This document shows positions 22,928 to 29,988 of a stretch of DNA of 41,394 nucleotides, one piece after another. Below the pieces are notes generated by a model. That model was not told the DNA's origin. It worked only from the letters and a program-made list of their open reading frames with translations, and searched no databases. The translations under genes and the position numbers were made by a program. Each line of letters starts with the position of its first letter. The stretch's first letter is position 1. The DNA is from a virus, in IMG/VR virus record IMGVR_UViG_3300037054_000114, positions 1-41,394 of that record. One strand, 5' to 3'.

Positions 22928-23733
22928 CAGAACCCGCGCAGAATAGAAATGCCCGTCAGATACGTGGTGCCCATGAGGGCGCCAGGTCCGGTTGTCAGCG
23001 GCGTACCGTTGGCCGCGAACACATTGTTCAGGGTCAAGCCCTTGGTGGCCCAGCTTACCGACGCCCACAGATCGATCCCGCCGCCGTTGGTCTTGCCATC
23101 GGCGCCCATCGTAGGGAAAAGGAAGCCGGTCTTGATGCCAGGCGCGACGCCAACCGTAACGCCATGCGCGGCGCCGAAATTACCGTTCATGCCGAACTCG
23201 CGGATGATGGCGCCAAAGTATTGCTTCGGAACACCGACCTGGATGTTGGCCGGCAACTGCGGCGTGAAGGTGGGGAAGTTGATCGTACCCTGCGACTGGA
23301 TCGCCGACATGATGTAGCTCACGACATCGGCACCGACATCGAACTCCTGCGTGGCTGCCCAGCGGCTTGCAATGCCGGCACTGTTGCCGGGCACCGAGAT
23401 CCCGCCCTGGATGTTCTGGTAGTCGGCATCGGCCTGGATTCTCCACCAATTGCCGAAGCCGAGCAGTGCGGTCGAGCCGTGCTGATAGCCGAGCACAACA
23501 TCAACACCGCCGCCATCGGCCGTAAGATTGGAACTCACAAGGCTGGTAGCAAACAGGTTGCTGCCAGACACGCTGGACTGAGCAACGCCGGCATAGGTGC
23601 CGACGCCCCAATAAAAGCCGGACGCTGCAGCGGTGAACGGAACGGGCGGAAGGGCCTTGACCGCCATATCGGCGGCCATAGCCGGCATTGCCAGCGCCGT
23701 GAGCGCCGTAGTGAGCAAAAGAAACTTGCGCAT
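22927..23733 (-). CDS. Outer-membrane beta-barrel protein (Omp25/Omp31/porin-family-like), 268 aa with a signal peptide
   Basis: ATG at 23733 preceded by AGGAG. Signal peptide MRKFLLLTTALTALAMPAMA-AD. Gly/aromatic-rich alternating strands and a C-terminal ...ILRGF ending in Phe. Confidence 0.75.
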   Translation of the reverse strand: MRKFLLLTTALTALAMPAMAADMAVKALPPVPFTAAASGFYWGVGTYAGVAQSSVSGSNLFATSLVSSNLTADGGGVDVVLGYQHGSTALLGFGNWWRIQADADYQNIQGGISVPGNSAGIASRWAATQEFDVGADVVSYIMSAIQSQGTINFPTFTPQLPANIQVGVPKQYFGAIIREFGMNGNFGAAHGVTVGVAPGIKTGFLFPTMGADGKTNGGGIDLWASVSWATKGLTLNNVFAANGTPLTTGPGALMGTTYLTGISILRGF

Positions 23734-23825
23734 GGGAATCTCCTGTTTGAGCCGATTGACCATGTGCAACTTACAACCGTTAGCCGTCATTGGGTGTTAC
23801 CCTAGCGCAACACATCCTCACAAAA

Positions 23826-24299
23826 TCACATCGGAATGGCCATTCTGGCACTGAGAATAAGCAACAAATCTCGCGGGTCAATAAGGTGAGCAGGCGCGGC
23901 AAGGGGCCATTGGAAGTAATTGCAGGCCCGTAACGCGAGCGCGATCAATGCCGAGCAAATAGCGTGATTCACCGCGTGGTGATGGGCCGGGATCAGGAAG
24001 CCAAGGATTGCCTCCCAATCGTAAGGCTCGCCAACGTGTTTATCGAGAAAGGCGTAGAACGCGGTCGCTTGGTCCTCGGTTGCCTCCAACGTAAGGAATA
24101 GTTCATGGCTGAATTTACCGGCATCGTAGTCCTTCTTGCGCTTTAGAACACCGCCAAAGAAGTGCGCACCGAGATAGAAGCCGTCTGGGGTGACGGCCTC
24201 GACGTGCGAGAATGTCCAAGGCATCGAAGTCTTTTCAAGCGCGGCAATTGCATCAGATGCCAAGCCAATACTGCGGACAAACCGGATAACAATTGGCAT
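23826..24299 (-). CDS. Putative cell-wall hydrolase of the permuted NlpC/P60 (YaeF/YiiX-like) type, 157 aa
   Basis: His precedes Cys (…FSHVEAV… then …NHAICSALIAL…), as in circularly permuted papain-like amidases. Sits in the lysis cassette. The functional call is tentative. Confidence 0.45.
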   Translation of the reverse strand: MPIVIRFVRSIGLASDAIAALEKTSMPWTFSHVEAVTPDGFYLGAHFFGGVLKRKKDYDAGKFSHELFLTLEATEDQATAFYAFLDKHVGEPYDWEAILGFLIPAHHHAVNHAICSALIALALRACNYFQWPLAAPAHLIDPRDLLLILSARMAIPM

Positions 24300-24301
24300 T
24301 G

Positions 24302-24625
24302 CTATTTTGTGCCCGTTGCCGCAGGTGGCCCGACAACCTTATCGCTGGCTGTTACGTCGGCAACGGCTTGGGTAGTTATGATATTTTTGACTTCGGGCAG
24401 CGATGCTGCGCTCGCCAGCCGGCTTTGTGTAGTCGCACCCATGCCGTTGAGCGTGGTCAGGAGTGCGGATGATAAGAACCCGATAATGCCGCACCACGCG
24501 GTGACAATCGGAATATAGGTCGCCGGGACCGCGTTCGTGAGAACGAGAGTGCCGCTACTGATCGCAATGGCAATCGTCCCTATAACGCCAATCCAGAAAC
24601 GTACTACCGGATCGATATGTGGCAT
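24302..24625 (-). CDS. Holin-like membrane protein (107 aa, two TM segments)
   Basis: ATG at 24625 preceded by AGGAGAAAACA. Has TM segments FWIGVIGTIAIAISSGTLVL and IPIVTAWCGIIGFLSSALLTTL plus a hydrophilic tail. Next to the endolysin. Confidence 0.55.
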   Translation of the reverse strand: MPHIDPVVRFWIGVIGTIAIAISSGTLVLTNAVPATYIPIVTAWCGIIGFLSSALLTTLNGMGATTQSRLASAASLPEVKNIITTQAVADVTASDKVVGPPAATGTK

Positions 24626-24639
24626 TGTTTTCTCCTGGG

Positions 24640-24723
24640 TCAGAATGAATCGGCAATTGCACAGAACAAACCGAACGCAACGGCGAGCAGCGGCCCTAGC
24701 ACAACTGCGGCGCGGATGGTCAT
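24640..24723 (-). CDS. Candidate 27-aa membrane peptide (MTIRAAVVLGPLLAVAFGLFCAIADSF)
   Basis: ATGA overlap with the endolysin stop. Third-position GC is compatible with coding. Confidence 0.3.
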   Translation of the reverse strand: MTIRAAVVLGPLLAVAFGLFCAIADSF

Positions 24724-25334
24724 GCCGGCCCCGGCTCAACTGGTTCAGCGGCTATTGCCCGCGTTACCGTGTCTGTAAATCCCTTCGCTATTTCCGGGTC
24801 CAATTCCTCTATTGCCCGCGCAATCTCAATACAGCCGAGCTGCCTGTCAAACGTGCCCCGCGACCATACACCGTCAGCCACGTACTTGCCGCCCTGATAA
24901 ATGGTGGTGCCGGACCATAGGTAACCGGATGGTCGGCCGTGATTGCGCGGGCCAAAGCCATTCCATTTTTCCCATTGCCAGCACGCCCATTCCCACGTCC
25001 ACTCGGCAACACCAACAATATGATCCAGAGTCAGGGCGTCTACAGCCCCTTTCTCCCACGAATCGAACGGGCCGCGCCCGTGCGGGACATGAACAGTTGG
25101 ATGACTAAGCGGGTCACCATTGCCAAGGTAGGTATTGAATGACGGTTGCTCCCGCTCGAATACCGGCATGACCCACAACGCGGGTACGCCCGACAATTGC
25201 TGCATGGTCAGGAATCGGGTGCGGTTGACCAGTAGTTGCTTGGCAACGGCTACGGCCTCGCTTGACCGGGTTGGTTGGGCCGCGGCCAAGTCTGCGGTGT
25301 ATTCGGATTTCAGTGCATCAAAACTGATGGTCAT
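24720..25334 (-). CDS. Endolysin candidate, COG5526-like lysozyme-family protein
   Basis: The pattern ...TYLGNGDPL...VPHGRGPF.SWEKGAVDAL...EKWNGFGPRNHGRPSGYLWSGT..Y.GGKYVADGVW matches my memory of alphaproteobacterial lysozyme-family proteins. Precedes the holin-like gene. Confidence 0.65.
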   Translation of the reverse strand: MTISFDALKSEYTADLAAAQPTRSSEAVAVAKQLLVNRTRFLTMQQLSGVPALWVMPVFEREQPSFNTYLGNGDPLSHPTVHVPHGRGPFDSWEKGAVDALTLDHIVGVAEWTWEWACWQWEKWNGFGPRNHGRPSGYLWSGTTIYQGGKYVADGVWSRGTFDRQLGCIEIARAIEELDPEIAKGFTDTVTRAIAAEPVEPGPA

Positions 25335-25349
25335 GTCACAATATCCCCG

Positions 25350-27785
25350 TTAGTTCGCACACGTCCAATACAGTACGTTGCTGCTCAGACTCGCATGGGT
25401 CACGACAAGTGTTGCGCCAAGCGTTGAGATTCCAACCGCTGCGCCAGTGCTCAGAGAGACATTGCATGAGTTGAACGTCGATCCGGTTGAGAACGTAATT
25501 GTACAGCCCGTCGCGGTCGTACCCTCTGTGACACGACCGGAGAAATCCGTTCCGGTTGCGGCGCTGGGCGACGTTCCGCAGGAGGAAATACCGGGTGTTC
25601 CGGGGTTACTTGCATAACCATGCGTAGCGACTGTGCTAGTGATAAGACTACCTGGAAGAACACTCGCCGAGGGATTATTAACAATAGAGTTTGTGCTGAC
25701 GGCAAAAGATGGTCCCGTTCCACTTCCACTGAACGTCGTACCGTTAGCTGTGATAACACCACCAGTCGATGCGGTAGTAAATGCTGTCGAAAATGCGGGA
25801 GTTCCACTTAGGGTGACCGTGCGACTTCCTGAACTAAAGATTTGTGCGGCTTGGATGGCCTGCCAATGTATGCTGGCACCTCCTGAAATTGTGTAGTTTG
25901 CTGTGATCGTAATAGTCGAACCAGCCGAAGCCCTAATCTGGACGCCCGCATTGGCTCCATACTCCATCGCCCCGGTGATGTTGAGAAACGAAGCGTTGAT
26001 GACGTTGATGCCATTACCGCCCGTTGTCGTAACGATCTTAAAGCCGCCCATCGTAAGCGCAGCACCATTGCTCATATCCAGAGCGTCGGCGCTGGTCGTT
26101 GAAATCAATACATTGGATGGCGTTGAAAGATCGCCTTGCAACGTGACGGTAGGATTGCCGTGAAACGGCCCATTCTGAGTGAGGTTGGCTGTATATGTGC
26201 CCGCCGCGACCGAGACCAAGATGGCCTGCTCGTTGCCATCCCAGGTATTGATGTAATTGAATGCGCCCTGTCTCGTAGCGCACGCGCCCGTAGTGGCGGC
26301 AAGGCAATCGTTTGCGTCGTTGCCGTTGGTGACATCGACAAAGACCGTTATCGCCGCGGTGAGTTTGTGCCGGTTAACATAGGATTGGATTGACCACGCG
26401 CCGTTAACAATTTGCACCGTGATCGTGTCAAGTGGCCAAAGGATATTGCTGGGGGCGGCGGCGACCGCACCGGGAAATCCTGAGAGAATTTGACCTCTTG
26501 TGCTGCTCGCGTTGTAGACTGCCAGAACGCAGTTTGTCACGAAACCAGCTACGGCCGGTAGTGTAATCGTCTTTTGCGCCCCGGTGGCATTGATCGTGTT
26601 GCCGCAATCGGTCGTAGGGATAGAGTAGTTGCCGGACTGCGTGTTGAGATTATTCTGCGGAACGCCAGACCCGGTGCAATTGCCCCAGATGTCTGCCGTC
26701 CCGCTGCCTCCCCCAGACTTGATGCACTGCCCTGCCGAGCCAAAACTGCTTGAAAGACCGACAGCGCCTGCCCCAGTAACTGCAAACCCGACTGAGTTAA
26801 GGAAGTTACCGCTGATCGTATAGGCAGAAAGATCAATACCTGTGGCGATAGTGTCCGTCGATCCGTCAGTGCAAATGACACAGCCGGTCGTGCCGAGCGG
26901 CGCAAATCCGTGGACGTTGTCCAGCAACAGAGCGGTTTTGAATTGTGCCGTGCCGGTGGCCGACCCTATTTCCACGGCCCCATAAAGGCTAGCGGGCGGG
27001 CTGCCGCTGCCACCGGCCACAATACTCCAACAAAAACCGTACCGCGCGCTTGCTCCACTCTCGATCTGACAATCCGCCTCACCAGCAGACATATCAAAAT
27101 AGTTGGTCGCGCCAGATAGTAAGTGGGCAAGCGGATTTATGCCGAAGCAATCGCCCGCTGCACCCGCGCCAGTGTTCGTTCCGCCCTCACTCGCGGAACT
27201 CAGACACCATGGGGTCATGGCTATATTATCTCTGACGGCAGACGGTGCTGATGCGATGGTGTGGGTTATTTCAGCAGACAGGGCGATCTTAGTCCCCTGA
27301 GAATTGGTCCCGCCGCTCGTCATCCCCACGCTAAACCCATAAGTATAAGGCGGATTGCCGGCGGTGACGTTGAGGCCGTCGAGAAGCGTACAAATGGAGT
27401 TGTAAGAATAACCCGGCTGCCCCTGGCCGGCACAGTTATTGGAAACCCCCGCAGTGCTGCTAGTGTTGTTGCCGGTCTGGTTGACTATCAATCCTTGAGT
27501 AATAGAGGCCGCAGGGGGATTGATTGTCAGTGGGCCGCCACTAAGCGTTTGTGCGCCAGTGATACCGTAGCCTGCAAGCGTTGTCGGTGTGCCGGTGATG
27601 TTCGCCCACGGGACAGTGCCACCAAAAGAACCATTACATTGAAAGCCAGCGTCTTTCAGTATCGTAACTGAATTGAAATACGCGCAATCCCCCGGCGTGA
27701 TCGGCCCAATGACCGTCACGGGCTGCGCATGTGCGGGCCATGCCGCCAGCACCAACAATATCAGCGCCAGATACAGCCGCTTCAT
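25350..27785 (-). CDS. Tail-fibre-like / beta-helix (pectin-lyase-fold-like) protein with a Sec signal peptide, 811 aa, about 20 Cys
   Basis: Signal peptide MKRLYLALILLVLAAWPAHA-QP. Fibre motif PWANITGTPTTLAGYGIT. Beta-helix cap-like NGNDANDCLAATTGACATRQGAF...VSVAAGTYTANL. My count gives 20 cysteines. Confidence 0.7.
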   Translation of the reverse strand: MKRLYLALILLVLAAWPAHAQPVTVIGPITPGDCAYFNSVTILKDAGFQCNGSFGGTVPWANITGTPTTLAGYGITGAQTLSGGPLTINPPAASITQGLIVNQTGNNTSSTAGVSNNCAGQGQPGYSYNSICTLLDGLNVTAGNPPYTYGFSVGMTSGGTNSQGTKIALSAEITHTIASAPSAVRDNIAMTPWCLSSASEGGTNTGAGAAGDCFGINPLAHLLSGATNYFDMSAGEADCQIESGASARYGFCWSIVAGGSGSPPASLYGAVEIGSATGTAQFKTALLLDNVHGFAPLGTTGCVICTDGSTDTIATGIDLSAYTISGNFLNSVGFAVTGAGAVGLSSSFGSAGQCIKSGGGSGTADIWGNCTGSGVPQNNLNTQSGNYSIPTTDCGNTINATGAQKTITLPAVAGFVTNCVLAVYNASSTRGQILSGFPGAVAAAPSNILWPLDTITVQIVNGAWSIQSYVNRHKLTAAITVFVDVTNGNDANDCLAATTGACATRQGAFNYINTWDGNEQAILVSVAAGTYTANLTQNGPFHGNPTVTLQGDLSTPSNVLISTTSADALDMSNGAALTMGGFKIVTTTGGNGINVINASFLNITGAMEYGANAGVQIRASAGSTITITANYTISGGASIHWQAIQAAQIFSSGSRTVTLSGTPAFSTAFTTASTGGVITANGTTFSGSGTGPSFAVSTNSIVNNPSASVLPGSLITSTVATHGYASNPGTPGISSCGTSPSAATGTDFSGRVTEGTTATGCTITFSTGSTFNSCNVSLSTGAAVGISTLGATLVVTHASLSSNVLYWTCAN

Positions 27786-27792
27786 TGCAATC

Positions 27793-28110
27793 TCACTGGG
27801 TAAATTCGAGAATCACGATGACGTTGGCCCCCGCCGAGGACGCAATGGCATTTGCCCCATTTGTCCAAGGTGGTGTGTTGGGCGGCCCAAACGTAACCCC
27901 TTGCAGGGGCTGCACCGCCACCGAACCAGCGCCATTCACAGCTGCATTAGTGCCGAGCGGCGCCACCCATAGCGTGACTGTGGCCGATGGATTGAAAAAG
28001 TACAGCCCGGCCCGCTGCAAATTGATGGCAGCCACATTTATGCTGGTATTGCTGACCGTGGTTGGTGTCAGCGCATTCGGACTTGGATAGGTGGTGCTGC
28101 CGGTGCCCAT
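27793..28110 (-). CDS. Small Ser/Thr/Ala/Asn-rich protein (105 aa), paralogue-like to 31148..31549; no signal peptide
   Basis: Abuts the upstream stop. The C-terminus ...TNGANAIASSAGANVIVILEFTQ resembles ...GNSWNAIAVSTTGSVSVFEW of the 133-aa protein. Confidence 0.6.
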   Translation of the reverse strand: MGTGSTTYPSPNALTPTTVSNTSINVAAINLQRAGLYFFNPSATVTLWVAPLGTNAAVNGAGSVAVQPLQGVTFGPPNTPPWTNGANAIASSAGANVIVILEFTQ

Positions 28111-28320
28111 TTATTTTTTCTCTTCCGGCTTGGCTGCCTTGGCTTCTTCAAGTTGCTTCTGCAAATCAGCTATCTGCTTCTGTTGCGCCTCGATAGTCTG
28201 CGCCCATTGATTGATGACGTTATCTATCTGAATTGCAGTTTGGCTTGGCGTTGGCTGTTGCGCGATTGCCGCCTCGACGCTGGCAAAAAACAACATTACA
28301 GTAAGGGTTTTTACGAGCAT
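28111..28320 (-). CDS. Small exported coiled-coil protein (69 aa)
   Basis: Signal peptide MLVKTLTVMLFFASVEAAIA-QQ, followed by Q/K/E-rich helical sequence. Confidence 0.55.
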   Translation of the reverse strand: MLVKTLTVMLFFASVEAAIAQQPTPSQTAIQIDNVINQWAQTIEAQQKQIADLQKQLEEAKAAKPEEKK

Positions 28321-29372
28321 GTTCCGCCCGTTCCCGTTGCTGCGGTGATGATGCCGTTCGTAATAGTGATGCTGGCAATGACAGTCAAAGCGCCGGAACA
28401 GGTCACGCCCTTTGTTCCGTTCGCGTAGTAAGCACCAGCGGCGTTAATTGTGCCTGTACCTTCGTTGCCGCCTGTGGGAGCCCCTATTTGCAAACTTGCA
28501 GAGAATGTCGTCGCCCCAGCGAATAGGTTTAAGCCAGAGCCGTTTTGTTGGATCGCATACGCCCCCGCGCTGGTCTGACTGTCGATAAGCAACCCAATCG
28601 GGGCGTTAGTAACCGTGTTGGTGCCGCTCGGCTTCTGATCCTGAATGTGGATGCCATAGGTATTCGTCCAGACCGACGATGCACCGCCCTTCGGCTGCTT
28701 GATCTGGATACCCTCTGCCGTGGTGATCGTGCCTCCGGTGTTGTTCGTGACCGCGACCTGGAGAGCCTGAGCGGCGGTGATCGTTCCGGTGGACTTGTTA
28801 AGAATATTACTAAAGGCGCCCTGCGCTACGGCTACTGTGCCTGTGCCATTGTGCAGTGCTGTAGAAGTGAAAGCAACGAGACCCGCCACGTTGGTCGAAA
28901 CCGTGCTTACAACGGCAGCGTCAGTTTCCAGCCCGACCATCGAGGCACTGGTATTTGTTCCGCTGTAGTTGAGGGCGAAGTATCCATTGAAGAACGGAAA
29001 CGTGGACGTGGTGACCGCATTTCTCTGAATTGCGAAAGTGATATTGCTGCTGCCGTAGGGCGTAAAAACTTCATCCGCACCGCTGACCAAGAACGGCCCG
29101 TTGCTGGAAAAGTTCGCAGTGCCCAGCGTCGCCCCGTTGAGCGCCGCCGATGTCGGCGTGATTGCGCCGAGGGTTAGGGTGATGGCCGGCGTCGTGGTGG
29201 GATTGGCCACGCTGCCAGAAATTCCGTTTGCGGTTGCGACGGAAACCGATGTGACGGTGCCAGAACCACCTCCACTAGATGCGCCGGGATTGTTAATCCC
29301 GCTGCCCATATCCTGCCCGAGTGCAGCACTAATCGCACCCAGCAACAGCAGCGTTGCAAGCCGGAATTTCAT
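28311..29372 (-). CDS. Tail-fibre-like protein with a Sec signal peptide (353 aa)
   Basis: The ATG at 29372 overlaps the upstream stop (ATGA). Signal peptide MKFRLATLLLLGAISAALG-QD. Fibre-type motif GTVTSVSVATANGISGSVANPTTTPAITLTLGAITPTS. Two C-terminal Cys. Confidence 0.7.
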   Translation of the reverse strand: MKFRLATLLLLGAISAALGQDMGSGINNPGASSGGGSGTVTSVSVATANGISGSVANPTTTPAITLTLGAITPTSAALNGATLGTANFSSNGPFLVSGADEVFTPYGSSNITFAIQRNAVTTSTFPFFNGYFALNYSGTNTSASMVGLETDAAVVSTVSTNVAGLVAFTSTALHNGTGTVAVAQGAFSNILNKSTGTITAAQALQVAVTNNTGGTITTAEGIQIKQPKGGASSVWTNTYGIHIQDQKPSGTNTVTNAPIGLLIDSQTSAGAYAIQQNGSGLNLFAGATTFSASLQIGAPTGGNEGTGTINAAGAYYANGTKGVTCSGALTVIASITITNGIITAATGTGGTCS

Positions 29373-29764
29373 TGTGTTTGCCATGCCGCGAAGGCGTGGG
29401 CGGTCGTGGCCCCAAGCACATATACTGCCTGTTTAGTCATATAGCTACCGGTGAATACCTGACTGCCGCACGCGGCCAATTCAAACGCGCCAAGGCTCGG
29501 CCCGGATGCCGATGTAGGTGCGGTGGTGGACGGCGGCAGGAAATACACGAACAGGCTTTCAGCCGTTACCGCCTGCGTTGTGGTGGAACAGTAGTTCTCA
29601 ATCCAAAGCGTAGTGCGGTTGCCGTTGGCCGCGAAAAGTACCTGCCATGTACCGCCCGCAGTAACGGACAGAACGGAAGCCGGTCCAATAGGCCCCACAG
29701 CCTGCGCCAAAACCGGCAACACAAAGCCGAGCAGAATGAAAGCCGCAATGCCAATCCTACGCAT
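29369..29764 (-). CDS. Small exported protein (131 aa), paralogue-like to 31148..31549
   Basis: ATG at 29764. Signal peptide MRRIGIAAFILLGFVLPVLAQA-VG. Two Cys. SVTAGGTWQVLFAANGNRTTLWIEN aligns with SVTSGTAVQIIGQNPGRKSIQICN. Confidence 0.6.
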   Translation of the reverse strand: MRRIGIAAFILLGFVLPVLAQAVGPIGPASVLSVTAGGTWQVLFAANGNRTTLWIENYCSTTTQAVTAESLFVYFLPPSTTAPTSASGPSLGAFELAACGSQVFTGSYMTKQAVYVLGATTAHAFAAWQTQ

Positions 29765-29766
29765 GG

Positions 29767-29988
29767 TCAATCCTTGATGAACCGCGAGGCCAACCCCGCT
29801 TTGCGACGCCGGGTGTCGTTGCTGACGCTGCCAATTGCTCCGGTGGTGGACGTTTCCCGCACCAGCGGACGCGGCAGCGCCGGCCCGAGCTTGGTATTTA
29901 GTTCCTTTTCAGCCCGGTAATGAAGCCGCGGGTCCATCGAGCCGCCCGGCATTGGCCGATCATTTAGATTGTAGCGTGCCATCTTCAT
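29767..29988 (-). CDS. Hypothetical basic protein (up to 73 aa; the start is uncertain)
   Basis: High third-position GC. The ATG at 29988 overlaps the stop of the Wzy_C ORF. An alternative ATG at 29952 lies after the stop of the alternative frame (29960). Confidence 0.5.
   Translation of the reverse strand: MKMARYNLNDRPMPGGSMDPRLHYRAEKELNTKLGPALPRPLVRETSTTGAIGSVSNDTRRRKAGLASRFIKD

Noticed and set aside
23164-23805. 213-aa plus-strand ORF
   Set aside because: It is antisense to the signal-peptide outer-membrane protein gene, and its sequence is Arg-rich and non-protein-like.
25350-29372. A diversity-generating retroelement acting on the fibre-like genes, as in BPP-1-type podoviruses
   Set aside because: No reverse-transcriptase-like ORF (no YxDD-type motif) occurs anywhere in the genome. 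I did not see a template/variable repeat pair near the 3' ends. A systematic self-alignment would be needed to exclude short repeats.
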